From Eledone cirrhosa (taxonomy: Eukaryota), in the NCBI GenBank assembly GCA_964016885.1, contig CAXHJY010001757.1, positions 1 through 49,476 on the forward strand: a DNA stretch of 49,476 nucleotides, written 5' to 3'. Positions within the stretch are counted from its first letter, which is position 1, and each line of letters opens with the position of its first letter. The position numbers and the translations under genes were made by a program. The notes under the pieces are model-generated. The model made no database searches. It saw only the letters and a program-made list of their open reading frames with translations, and was not told the origin of the DNA. Of this stretch, positions 34,551-48,442 are shown piece by piece.

Positions 34551-34666
34551 TGAATGTCTGCATAACTAAAAGTTTGAAGATAGCAGCTGTTTTAGGTTAT
34601 GTAACTGTTATGGAAACACGTGTCAATAAATTCTTTTCAACTAAACTGTATCCATTCAAATCTTTC

Positions 34667-34668
<2 letters not shown>
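34551..34668 (+). mobile_element. Short fragment of the same PLE 3' UTR (3' half of the HHR)
   Basis: Matches about 33435-33553. Confidence 0.9.
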
Positions 34669-34700
<32 letters not shown>

Positions 34701-34728
34701 AATATATAAATATATATATATATATAAA

Positions 34729-35453
34729 TATTGTTATATTTGGGGAGGTTGCGTAATATTGCCAGAATTAATAACAGAACACACTCACTGTTTGGTTGGT
34801 CTTCGCTTCTCGCTGTCTTTTATATATATATATCTGCGATCTAACTTACTCGGTCCTCAATGTTGCCATTGACTGACCGGCGGTCAAAAATAATACAGAT
34901 ACAATATAGACACAAACACATATATATAGTTTACATAATTTACATAAATCTTTCGTTGCACATCTGCAACATCGTCAGTGGTGTTATATTCATTGTTCCT
35001 CCTGTTGTGTTGTATGTCTACGCCATTTTTTTTTGTTCAGTCTGTCTATATATTTATTTATTTATTTGCTTGTTTGTTTATCTTATTTTATTTTGTCTTC
35101 TTTGCGCATGGGTTTGCGTGTGTGTATAGTGTTATGTGTGATGTGTGACTAGTGTGTATAGTGTTGTGTCTGCTGGGTGACTAGTGTGTGTTTATGTGCT
35201 TGTGTATGTACTTATTTATCTTATTTTATTTTTGACCGCCGGTCAGTCAATGGCAACATTGAGGACCGAGTAAGTTAGATCGCAGATATATATATATAAA
35301 AGACAGCGAGAAGCGAAAACCAACCAAACAGTGAGTGTGTTCTGTTATTAATTCTGGCAATATTACGCAAATATGACCCTCCCCAAATATAACAATATCT
35401 GTTTCGACACACGATTTCATATAAAAAACCTCGCAAAACTAATTCATCGCCGC

Positions 35454-35455
<2 letters not shown>
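34729..35455. mobile_element. Probable non-coding PLE-type element with inverted repeat (arms about 34729-34893 and 35225-35398)
   Basis: Arms are reverse complements; flanked by (TA)n; HHR-like cores on minus. Confidence 0.65.
34943..34983 (-). ncRNA. Hammerhead ribozyme core with weak helix I
   Basis: Minus: cacca CUGACGA u guugca gaug ugcaac GAAA gauu UA ug; perfect 6-bp helix II but only 2 bp of helix I. Confidence 0.6.
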
Positions 35456-35547
<92 letters not shown>

Positions 35548-35881
35548 AATAAATATATATATATATATAAATAAATATATATATATATATAAATAAATAT
35601 ATATATATATATAAATAAATATATATATATATATAAATAAATATATATATATATATAAATAAATATATATATATATATATAAATAAATATATATATATAT
35701 AAATAAATATATATATATATATAAATAAATATATATATATATATAAATAAATATATATATATATATAAATAAATATATATATATATATAAATAAATATAT
35801 ATATATATATAAATAAATATATATATATATATAAATAAATATATATATATAAATAAATATATATATATATATATATAAATA

Positions 35882-35938
<57 letters not shown>

Positions 35939-36054
35939 TTATATATATATATATATATAAATATATATATAAATATATATAAATATAAATATATATATAT
36001 ATAAATATATATATAAATATATATATAAATATAAATATATATATATATAAATAT

Positions 36055-36173
<119 letters not shown>

Positions 36174-36186
36174 AATATATATATAA

Positions 36187-36219
<33 letters not shown>

Positions 36220-36347
36220 AATATATGTATATATATATATATATATATAAATATATATATAAATATATATATAAATATATATATATATATCAATATAAAT
36301 ATATATATAAATATATATATAAATATATATATATATATAAATATATA

Positions 36348-39300
36348 TCATCATCATCATCATCATCATCAGGTTTAGCGTCCGTGTTCCACGCTTGCAT
36401 GGGTTTGGACGGGGGTTTTCCCACTTGAGGCAAGAGTGGTTGTCTTGCTCGCATAGGACTGTCTGGCGGGTTTTCTACAGTTGGATGCCCTTCCTAACAC
36501 CAACCACATTTACAGTGTGGGCTGGGAGGTTTTTACCGTGTTGCCTACACGGCCACATTACAGCGTGGACTGTCTGGCGGGTTTTCTACAGCTGGATGCC
36601 CTTCCTAACACCAACCACATTTACAGTGTGGGGCTGGGAGGTTTTTACCGTGTTGCCTACACGGCCACATTTACAGCGTGGACTGTGTGTTTTTTGTCGT
36701 GACACCTACACGATCTCATTTGTTTCGGCCTGGATGTTGTGGGACCAACATAACTTTACATTGAAAGGGGCGGTGTGGAGGGACGGGGGTGTGTTTTGAT
36801 AGAGGTGCCTACTGACTGTAGTAGGTTTTTACTTTGTATTTAGGTAAGGCGGGTCTTCTCTATTACTGAGTACCGCCAAAGGTCTCGGTCCAGTGACATT
36901 GTCTTGGAGAGGTGTAAGCGTGTGAGGTCGGAATTTATCAGCTCGTCCCATGTTTTTCTGGGTCTGCCTACTCCGTGGCTACCGTCTATCTTTATTGCCC
37001 TGCACTTTGTTATACAGCTGTCGTCTTTCATGCGCATCACGTGACCGTACCAACGTAGCCTTCTCTCGAGTAAACAACATCTGATCCCTCTTATTTCTAA
37101 TTTTTTCCTTAGTTCGTTTATGCTTTGCCGTTCACGTATATTACTATTGCACATCCAGCGGAGCATGCAAGCTTCGTTCCTCTCTAGTCTGCGTATATCC
37201 TCTGCACACAATGCCCAGGTCTCACTGCCATGCAGCATTGCTGTTCGTATGCAGGCATCGTATAACCTGCCTTTCATTTTTAGGGAGAACCCTCTAGCGG
37301 CTAATAGTGGTATAAGCTCTCTGAACTTTTTCCATCCAGTTCTGACTCTAGCTACTGTACTTTCAGAGCACCCTCCCCCACTGCTGATTTTGTCACCCAG
37401 ATAACGGAAGCTGTCCACTATTTCTATAGAACCCTCTGCGCAGTTGAAGGAGCTAGTATTTTGTGGGCACTTGCTGCTACTTATTGCACCAGAGCACCGG
37501 CCACATGTAAAATCTATGTTCTTAGTTAGCTTACCTGTGATCCCACTACATCTTTTATGCACCCATACTTTGCATTTGGGACATAAAATGGAGTTTCTAC
37601 CTACGCCTTTCCTACACACTGAGCATGGCCATTTCCCCGATGGGACCGCCGCCTTATTTTCTTTCCTACAAACTAGAACTTTAGTCTTAGCCAGGTTAAT
37701 TTTAAGGCCTTTTGATTCTAGGCCGTGCTTCCACGTTTGGAATTTCTTCTCTAGTTCGGTCATTGATTCAGCTATGAGCGTTAGATCATCTGCGTATAGG
37801 AGTTCCCATGGGCAGCCGGTCTTGAACTCCTCTGTTATAGCCTGAAGGGCAATAATAAATAGTAGGGGGCTAAGTACAGAGCCCTGATGGACACCAACTT
37901 TTACGCTAAACTCTTCACTATATTCGTTGTTAATTCTAACCTTACTGACTGTTTCTTTATACATGGCTTGTATAGCTCTCACAAGCCATTCGTCAACACC
38001 TAGTTTTCTAAGAGACCACCAGATAATGGAACGGGGGACTCTGTCGAAGGCTTTCTCCAAGTCGACAAAAGCTAAGTATAGGGGTTTACTTTTAGCTAGG
38101 TACTTCTCCTGTAGTTGTCGTACAATGAAAAGAGCGTCTGTGGTACTTTTGCCTGACACAAACCCGAACTGCATTTCATCTAGATCAATTCTCTCTCTGA
38201 TTAGTTGCGCTATTACTTTTTCCGTGACCTTCATGACCTGGTCGATTAATTTAATGCCTCTATAGTTACTCCTATCCCCTTATAGCAGTTAACGATGATG
38301 CTGCTACGCCATTCCTTCGGAACAACCCCATTCTGTACGACTTGGTTAACTATCCGGGTGACGATGGTGTGTCCCACCGAACCAGATGCCTTCAGCATCT
38401 CAGCAACTATTTCCGAAGGCCCAGCCGTCTTACCCGTCTTCATATCTTTGATTGCCTTACTTATTATACTACCTTCAACTAACACTGCTGGTCCCTCTAT
38501 TGGATCGATCTGGGGGAGACTGTCTTTCTCCCATTTGTTCTCCTCATTTAGAAGCCTTTCGTAGTGACACTTCCAAGCTACCTTCTTATCAGCGTCGGTG
38601 ATGGCAAGTATGCCATCATCGTTAAGTACACACTTCTCCCCGACAATATCACGGTTTTCCTTGACACATTGCCTGGCAATCCTGAACACCTCACGTTTTT
38701 GGTCCTCACGTTGTAGAACATGCTTGAACTTTCTTTCCTCTGCTTCCCTTCTTGCGAAGTACACTTGTCTCCTAGCTTCCCTCCTGGCCACTTGATAGTC
38801 TTCTCTACTTCCCCCATCCCGCCATACTTTCCAAGCCTGCTTTTTGGCCTTAATTGACTCCTCCACCTTACTGTTCCACCACCATGTTACTCTCCTCCTA
38901 CCTACAGGCCTGCTCCAGCCACAGACTTCGTCTGCCGCCGTCAGCAGGTTTGCTCTCAGGAATTCCCACTGTTCCTCTATATTATACGACTCTAATTGCT
39001 CTTCCTTACTGTCGAAAGCGTCAAGTAATTTGCTTTGAAATTTATTTCTGGCTATGGGGTCCTTTAGCTTCCATATTTTTCTCCTGAGGATAGTCCTCTT
39101 TCGCTGTCTAGTACGTCTCGTCCTGACTATGAGGTCGCTAATTATCAGTCTATGTTGGGAGGTGAATTCTTCATGGGGGTGGGATTTAGTGTTAACAACA
39201 GACACTCTGTCACGTCTTCTGGTAAGGATATAATCTACCTGGCTTGTGTGTTCCCCCGATCTATAGGTGATCAAGTGATTGTCTCGTTTTTTGAAGTTAG

Positions 39301-39982
39301 TGTTACAGATAGTTAAGTTATTTGCGTCGCAGAATTCCAGGATTCTGGAGCCTTCCTCATTTCTAGTACCGAACCCATAGCCTCCATGGATTCCGTCATA
39401 GCCGTCACAATGTTGTCCAACGTGACCATTTAGGTCGCCTGCAATAACTATATAGTCACTGTCGGTTATTTGGGAGGTAGCGAGCATCAGTGTCTCGTAG
39501 AATCTGTCTTTTATAGCGCTTGGCTGTCCGGATTGGGGTGCGTACGCAGATATTACTGTCACCGTAGTTTTATTGAGGACAAGTCTTATTTTAATTATTC
39601 TGTCGTTCACTCTATTTACGTCTATTATTTTATCTGCCCACTTTTCTGCTACCATGATTCCTACCCCACCCAACCCATTGTCATTTCCCACCCAGAAAAG
39701 CTTATAGCATCGCTCTTTACCCACGATGAATCTAGCCGACCCTCCCCTCCACCTGGTCTCTTGAATACAACAAACATCGACCTCCTTACGTTCAAGCATT
39801 TCTACAACCTCGTTAGAGCGACCCTTTAAGGTGCCTACATTCATGGTACCAACTCTGAAGTTTTGGATTGCGTTTGGAGGGTGGGAGCGGTGGGGCGCGG
39901 GGGGGGATGGGGTAATGTTAGCCATCCTGGGCCGAAACAAGGAGGAGTGCTTGCATTCTCGTCCACAAGGTGAATTTGGCTT
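36348..39982 (-). mobile_element. Near full-length RTE LINE family B (APE-RT single ORF split by one frameshift)
   Basis: ORFs 38246-39940 ([28 protein letters not shown]) and 36840-38234 (RT, YADD); ~16-nt deletion near 38277 relative to 17061-17108; 3' UTR and (GAT)n tail. Confidence 0.95.
36456..36686. repeat. ~111-bp tandem duplication within the RTE-B 3' UTR
   Basis: Units start at 36456 and 36567, bounded by ggactgt microhomology; single-copy in the other family B copies. Confidence 0.9.
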
Positions 39983-40139
39983 TATATATATAAATATATA
40001 TACATATATAAATATATATATAAATATATATATAAATATATATATAAATATATATATATATATAAATAAATATAAATATATATATAAATATATATATATA
40101 TATAAATAAATATAAATATATATAAATATATATATAAAT

Positions 40140-40170
<31 letters not shown>

Positions 40171-40176
40171 AATATA

Positions 40177-40210
<34 letters not shown>

Positions 40211-40443
40211 AATATATATATAAATATATATATAAATATATATATAAATATATATAAATAAATATATATATAAATATATATATAAATATATATATATAAA
40301 TATATATATAAATATATATATATAAATATATATATATAAATATATATATATAAATATATATATATAAATATATATATATATAAATATATATATATAAATA
40401 TATATATATAAATATATATAAATATATAATTATATATAATTAT

Positions 40444-40510
<67 letters not shown>

Positions 40511-40534
40511 AATATATATATATAATATAAATAT

Positions 40535-40601
<67 letters not shown>

Positions 40602-40604
40602 AAT

Positions 40605-40635
<31 letters not shown>

Positions 40636-40638
40636 AAT

Positions 40639-40673
<35 letters not shown>

Positions 40674-40674
40674 A

Positions 40675-40733
<59 letters not shown>

Positions 40734-40750
40734 AATATATATAAATATAT

Positions 40751-40787
<37 letters not shown>

Positions 40788-40790
40788 AAT

Positions 40791-40863
<73 letters not shown>

Positions 40864-40874
40864 AATATATAAAT

Positions 40875-40913
<39 letters not shown>

Positions 40914-40914
40914 A

Positions 40915-40947
<33 letters not shown>

Positions 40948-40970
40948 AATATATATATAAATATATATAA

Positions 40971-41001
<31 letters not shown>

Positions 41002-41014
41002 AATATATATATAA

Positions 41015-41049
<35 letters not shown>

Positions 41050-41092
41050 AATATATATTTATATATATAAATATATATATATAAATATATAA

Positions 41093-41127
<35 letters not shown>

Positions 41128-41143
41128 AATATATATAAATATA

Positions 41144-41223
<80 letters not shown>

Positions 41224-41251
41224 AATATATAAATATAAATATATATATATA

Positions 41252-41285
<34 letters not shown>

Positions 41286-41394
41286 TAAATATAAATACAT
41301 AAATATATATATATATATATATATAAATATATATATATAAATATATATATATAAATATATATATATAAATATATTTATATATATCTATATATTT
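39983..41394. repeat. (TA)n/TAAA microsatellite
   Basis: Direct sequence. Confidence 0.95.
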
Positions 41395-43817
41395 ATCATC
41401 ATCATCATCACCGTTTTACGTCCGTTCTTCCACGCTAGCATGGGTTAGACGGGTTGTCCTGTTGTGGGCAGTGTCTGGTCGGCTGACCATGCCTTGCTCA
41501 TACAGGAACTGATCTGGCTTGATTTCTACAGCTGGATGCCCTTCCTAACACCAACCTCATTTACAGTGAGTGCTGGGTGCTTTTTCGTGGCGCCTACACG
41601 TCCACTTTACAGTGTGGGCTGGGTGCTTTTTTTGCCGTGGCACCTCCACGACCACCTTGCGGTGTGGGGAGTGGGGGCACATTGTTTATATGCTTCAGCA
41701 TGTACCCATGAGAGGTCGGGTACCCTGTATTACTGCGTGACGCCAGAAGTCACGGTCGTGTGTCATTGTCTTTGAGAGGTGTAGTTGGGTAAGGTCGGCT
41801 TTTATCACCTCATCCCAAGTCATCTTGGTCTCCCACTCCCGCGGTTTCCATCAACTTCTAGTGCTCTGCACCTTTTTATGCAGCTGTCATCCTTCATACG
41901 CATCACATGTCCATACCAGCGTAACCGCCTCTCCTGCACGCAGCATTTGATTCCTCTTATGCTCAGTCTCTCTCTCAATTCCTTTATGCTTTGTCGTTCA
42001 CGTATATTACTGTTACACATCCATCGGAGCATGCAGGCTTCGTTTCTCTCTAATCTACGTAAGTCTTCCACCTTCAGCGCCAGGTCTCACTACCATGCAA
42101 CATCGCTGTTCGGATACACGCATCATACAGTCTGCCTTTCATTCTGAGGGAGAAGCCTTTTGCAGCTAGCAGTGGTAGTAGTTCCCTAAACTTCTTCCAT
42201 CCCGTTCTTACCCTAGTTATTGTACTTTCTGAGCACCCACCTCCGTTGCTAATTCGGTCACCTAGGTAGCAGAAGCTGTCTACTGTTTCTACAGGCCCTC
42301 CCAGAGATTGGTGGTACTTGTTTCCTGTGGCTGTTTGCTTGCTGTTTCAGCACAGCTGCTGCATGTGAATCCTACATTCTTAATTAAGCTTCCTGAGATC
42401 CCGCTACATCTCTTGTGTACCCATTGTTTGCATTTGGGGCAGAGAATGGAGTTCCTACCTACACCTTTCCTACATACTGAGCAAGGCCATTTCCCTGAGG
42501 GATCTGGGTTCTGTTTTCTCGTCTACTTACAAGGACCTTAGTCTTTGTCATGTTGACTTTGAGGCCCTTTCTCCCTAGTCCCTGCTTCCAGGTTTGGAAT
42601 TTATTCTCTAGTTCTACCATAGATTCAGCTATGAGTGCGAGGTCATCAGCATACAGGAGTTCCCATGGGCATCCGGTCTTAAACTCCTCCGTTATTGCCT
42701 GCAGGACTATGATGAACAGGAGAGGGCTAAGAACAGAGCCCTGGTGGACCCCAACCTGTACGCTAAATTCCTCGCTATACTCATTGCTAATCCTAACTTT
42801 GCTGACAGCTCCCCTATACATGGCTTGTACCGCTTTCACAAGCCATTCATCTACTCCTAGTTTTCTAAGAGCCCACCAGATTACAGCACGTCGAACTCTG
42901 TCAAAGGCTTTCTCAAGGTCGACAAATGCCAAGTAGAGTGGCTTACTTTTAGCTAGGTTCTTTTCCTCTAATTGCCTCACAAGGAAGAGGGCATCAGTGG
43001 TGCCTCTCCCTGGTACAAACCCAAATTGCATCTCGTCTATATTCACCCGGTCCCAATCAGCTGTGCTATAACTCTTTCTGTTACTTTCATGACCTGGTCC
43101 ATCAACTTTATACCTCTATAGTTTCCTCTATCTAGTGCATCGCCTTTACCTTTGTAGCAGTTGACAATGATGCTACTGCACCAATCTTTTGGTATGGCCC
43201 CTTCTAGTATTACCTGGTTAACGATACGTGTGGTTATAGTGTGACCTACAGACCCAGATGCCTTCAGCATCTCGGCAGCTATACCCGATGGACGGGTTGC
43301 CTTCCCCATCTTCATATCTCTGATTGCCTTACTTACTACGCTGCCGCTGACTTGTACTGCTGGTCCCTCTATAGGGTCTACATGGGGTAGGGTCTCTTCT
43401 TCCTATGCATTCTCCTCATTTAGTAATCTATCATAATGACTCTTCCATGCATCTTTCTTCTCAGCACTTGTGAGGGCAAGCTCACCTTTATCATTCCGGA
43501 TACACTTCTCTCCAATGACATCACAACTATCTCTGACACACTGCCTCGCAATCTTGAATACCTCCTGTTTCTGGTCCTCGCGTTGTAAAACATGCTTGAA
43601 TTGTCTATCCTCTGCTTCCCTCCTAGCTAAGTATACTTGTCGCCTAGCTTCCCTCTTGGTCTCTATGTAATGTACCCTGCTCCCCCCGTTCCTCCATTCT
43701 TTCCATGCCTGTCTCTTGGCCTTGACTGCTTCATCTACCTTATTGTTCCACCACCAAGTCACTCTCCTCCTGCTTGAGGTCTTACTCCAGCCACAAACCT
43801 CATCCGTCGCCTCTAGT
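41395..43817 (-). mobile_element. RTE LINE family A, 5'-truncated 2.4-kb copy with several frameshifts
   Basis: ORF pieces 43403-43864 (TWWWN), 43043-43315 (KGKGDALDRGNYRGI), 42459-43046 (RT) and 41820-42071; family A 3' UTR and tail. Confidence 0.93.
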
Positions 43818-44138
43818 ACCCCATCCACGCCACCCCGTTCTATGTAAAGTTGTGTTGGTGCCACACCATCCAGGCCGAAACAAATGAGATCGTGTAGGTG
43901 TCACGACAAAAAAACACACAGTCCACGCTGTAATGTGGCCGTGTAGGCAACACGGTAAAAACCTCCCAGACCCACACTGTAAATGTGGTTGGTGTTAGGA
44001 AGGGCATCCAACTGTAGAAAACCTGCCAGACAGTCCTATGCGAGCAAGACAATCACTCTTGCCTCAAGTGGGACTACCCCCGTCCAAACCCATGCAAGCG
44101 TGGAACACGGACGTTAAACGTTGATGATGATGATGATG
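43818..44138 (+). mobile_element. RTE LINE family B 3' UTR fragment with (GAT)n tail
   Basis: Nearly identical to about 18267-18598. Confidence 0.92.
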
Positions 44139-44169
44139 GATATATATATATAAATATATATATATATGG

Positions 44170-44314
<145 letters not shown>

Positions 44315-44317
44315 AAT

Positions 44318-44402
<85 letters not shown>

Positions 44403-44447
44403 AATATATATATATATAAATATATATATATAAATATATATAAATAT

Positions 44448-44514
<67 letters not shown>

Positions 44515-44527
44515 AATAAATATATAT

Positions 44528-44558
<31 letters not shown>

Positions 44559-44644
44559 AATAAATATATATATATAAATAAATATATATATATATATATA
44601 TACAATATTAAATAAATGGAAAACTATATTTATAAAACCATATC

Positions 44645-44710
44645 TATTTCATTATATATATTTCGGGGATATCATATTAACAATATGCTATGCCTTCATC
44701 AGACAAAATA
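44645..44710 (-). ncRNA. Type I hammerhead ribozyme (inverted copy)
   Basis: Reverse complement of 44897-44962. Confidence 0.72.
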
Positions 44711-44896
44711 CAATATAAACAGTTTTATAGATAAATATATTCGACATACCGTAATAAACATCAACTTCATTTGAAGAGGTTCACTCTAGCAGTGAAAATA
44801 CATTTGTATTTTCACTGCTAGAGTGAACCTCTTCAAATGAAGTTGATGTTTATTACGGTATGTCGAATATATTTATCTATAAAACTGTTTATATTG

Positions 44897-44962
44897 TATT
44901 TTGTCTGATGAAGGCATAGCATATTGTTAATATGATATCCCCGAAATATATATAATGAAATA
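44897..44962 (+). ncRNA. Type I hammerhead ribozyme
   Basis: uauuuugu CUGAUGA agg.aua.cauauu guu aauaug.uau.ccc GAAA uauaua UA augaaaua; palindromic helix III. Confidence 0.75.
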
Positions 44963-45181
44963 GATATGGTTTTATAAATATAGTTTTCCATTTATTTAAT
45001 ATTGTAAATATACTCCAAGTATTTGTCGAGTGCTTTTATATCAGTTATAAATATTTACTAGTTGTAACCCAACAATTTTAAATATAACTTTACATGTATA
45101 TATATATATAAATATAAATATATATATAAATAAATATATATATATATATATAAATATAAATATACATATAAATAAATATAT

Positions 45182-45376
<195 letters not shown>

Positions 45377-45393
45377 AATATATATATAAATAT

Positions 45394-45426
<33 letters not shown>

Positions 45427-45455
45427 AATATATACATATATATATAAATATATAC

Positions 45456-45488
<33 letters not shown>

Positions 45489-45576
45489 AATATATATATA
45501 TATAAAGAAAAAGAGATGAAATCGAAAATGCAACTGAAGTCTTATTTTTTTTTTAAATATATATATTTATTTGGTT

Positions 45577-45614
45577 CCTTTACCGGTTTCGCAGTTCTTC
45601 TGCTTTTCAAAAGG
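45577..45614 (-). ncRNA. Minimal type I hammerhead ribozyme with mutated core
   Basis: Minus: ccuu UUGAAAA gcag aagaa cugc GAAA ccgg UA aagg; all helices intact, two transitions from CUGAAGA. Confidence 0.7.
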
Positions 45615-46123
45615 TGAGTTGAGATGGAGGGTCTGTGGTTTTTCTCACATCTGGTTGGTCTCTAAATGTTACTTGTTTTATATGGAAAAAGTGGCTCGAA
45701 AGCCAGGTTTTTCGAGAAGTAATTTGATTGGTTTGTCAATAATTATAATAAATTTCGCGCCAGTTCGCGTTACAATAGTTCTTCAAATGAGAGGGGGGGG
45801 GGGGGGGTTGTCACAGGTTGTTTTTTCATATACGAGTGTTTGAATTTCTTTTTACTTGAAAAAATGAGGCTCAGGAAGGCTTTTTTTTGGTTGGTTATAA
45901 ATGAAATTTGGCTGTCACTGTGAACAAGTTTTCATTACATTTTTGCGCCCTTATTTGGAAAACTATTCTGTAGTCTTTATAGTGAATGTTATGACAATGG
46001 AGAGATAGTGGTCAAGGGAAAAGGGATTGGGAGAAATGTTCTGGTTCAGTGAATATGGCCAGCTGTCAGAGTTCAGGTGTCAGAGTTCAGATTTTCTATT
46101 GAGACTGAAGATATTTGTGTGCT

Positions 46124-46154
<31 letters not shown>

Positions 46155-46157
46155 ATT

Positions 46158-46782
46158 GGAAGATGATTCTATTAGTAGAGATGGGGGAGGGAGTTGTGTG
46201 TGTGTATATGGGTGTTATGTGTGTGTGTGCGAGTATGTTAAGATGGAGAGAATATATATTTTGTGTGTGTGTATATATATATGTGTGTAGGAAAGTGGTT
46301 CTATTAGTAGAAATGAGGAGGGAGTTGTAGGTGTGGGGGTTGTTATGTGTGTGTATGGGTGTTATGTGTGTGGGAGTATGGTTAGCATGTTAAGATGAAG
46401 AGAATATATATATATGTGTATGTGTGTGTGTAGGAAAGTGATTCCTTTAGTAGGAAGATGATTCTATTAGTAGAGATGGGGGAGGGAGTTGTGTGTGTGT
46501 GTATATGGGTGTTATGTGTGTGTATGTGTGCGAGTATGTTAAGACGGAGAGAATATATATTTTGTGTGTGTGTATATATATATGTGTGTAGGAAAGTGGT
46601 TCTATTAGTAGAAATGGGGAGGGAGTTGTAGGTGTGGGGGTTGTTATGTGTGTGTATGGGTGTTATGTGTGTGGGAGTATGGTTAGCATGTTAAGATGAA
46701 GAGAATATATATATATATATATATATATTGTGTGTGTGTGTATGTGTGTGTGTGTGTAGGAAAGTGATTCCTTTAGTAGGAA
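46158..46782. repeat. ~295-bp tandem duplication with internal sub-repeats in the PLE 3' UTR
   Basis: ggaagatgattctattagtagagatggggg at 46158 and 46453; GT-rich spacers. Confidence 0.9.
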
Positions 46783-46949
46783 TATTTTTGAATGAACATA
46801 TTTTCCTGATTTTTTCGTGTTTGCTGTTGTATTGCCAGTGCAAACGTATGTTAAGGTTTATTTAGTTCGGGTTTTTATTTTCTAAAGTAGAAGGTGTTAT
46901 GTGTGTGTGTGTATGTCATATTGTGGTGTTGACATAATGTATATTAAAC

Positions 46950-48442
46950 CTAATTTAATGTTGGTCTATATTTTTGAATAAACATATTTTCCTTATTTAT
47001 TCGCATTTGTTCTGTTGTATTGTGAGCGCAAAGGTAAAATGGGAAGACTTGGAATTTGGGTGTCTTATTACTCGCGCAAATGTCTAGATGTGCACTTAGT
47101 GGTATCTGTCTCGTGGTTGGATCTCGTAATTGTTGGCGATGAACTGTCATTCTGTTTCTGGGTGTGAGTTTAGTTTGTCCTATATAATCTTCATTGCATC
47201 CTTTACATTTAATGGCATAAATTAGATTTTTTGATGAGCAAGTGAATGAAGTGATTTTTTACAGTAAAATTTTGTCCTGATTTAAATGTATACGTGTTGC
47301 CTTCAATGAGGTGAGTGCAGGTTCCACAATTAGAGCGACCACATTTTTTGATACTTGGTTGTGGGTTTGTGGTAGGTAATTTGGCATTGGTGAGTAATGT
47401 TTTCAGTGATTTTGGTTGTCTTTTGCTTTTGATTATTTTGTGTGTTTCAAGGGCTTTTTCCATTCTTGGGTTTTGTTTTAGTAGTGGGATGTTATTGTGA
47501 ATAGTGTTGTAAGCTTCCGCATTTCTTGGGTTGTGTTGAGATATATGATAGAATATTGGACGTACCTTGAATTTGTTTCTGTTTCCGTAATTCATCAATG
47601 CCTATTGCTTTAGCCCTTTCTATTCCATTATTTATTAGTAATAGTGGGTACTCTCTCTCAAGTAGAATTTCCTTTAATTCTTGAAGTCTTTTATTTCGCG
47701 TTTCATAATTGGAGACAATTGTGCAAATTCTTCTTGCTAGGTTAAAAGGAATGTTCGTCTTTGTGTGCTTTGGATGGTTGGAGGTGAATAGCAGATATTG
47801 TTTGGAATCTGTTGGTTTGTAGTGTATGTCAGTTTCGATATTTGTGTCTTTTTTTGTGATTAAGATGTCCAGAAATGGGAGTTGATCTTGGCTGTATTCC
47901 ATTGTGAATTGGATGTGGTTATTGATGCCGTTTATTAAGTTTTTGAAATCCTTCAGTTGGTCGAGTGTGTGGGACCAAAGAATGAGGCAATCATCCAAGT
48001 AGCGTTTCCAATTCTCTGATAAATATTTGTGGAAGTTCAATCCGTATTTTGATTTGGACTGTTCATATATCTGGACTTCTAAGTATGCCATGACTAAGTT
48101 GGCATAAGTTGGAGCGGCTTTTGTGCCCATCGCAGTCCCCGATATTTGCTTGTAAGTATTGCCATCGAAATCAAAAAAGTTGTTCTGTAGGATGAATTTT
48201 AATCCCTCGGTGATGAAGCTTTTTTCTATTCTGTCAGGTATCTCATTGGGATATTTCTCTAGCCAGAATCCTATTGCTTCTAGTCCGTATTGGTGTGGGA
48301 TCGTTGTATAGAGATTCACTACATCGAAAGACACAATAATAGTGTCGTTGTTGACATGTTTGGGGAGGTGGTTTAAGAGGTCCAGATCGTCTCTTACAAG
48401 GCTTGGTATGTGTTTCAGTATTGGTTTCAGTAGTATGTCTAT
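46950..48442 (-). pseudogene. PLE polyprotein (RT + GIY-YIG endonuclease), frameshifted
   Basis: IVSFDVVNLYTTIPH, QISGTAMGTKAAPTYANL, WKRYLDD, LPFLDI, YKPTD..YL...SNHP; KKCGRSNCGTC linker; CKGCNEDYIGQT...RMTVHRQQ...YRPTLN. Confidence 0.92.

Larger units (their letters stand above)
44601..45096 (+). mobile_element. PLE-type pseudo-LTR remnant with a perfect ~200-bp-arm palindrome (44601-45006, centre 44803/44804)
   Basis: Arms are exact reverse complements around a 2-nt loop; HHR in each arm; right arm continues about 90 bp further. Confidence 0.8.
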
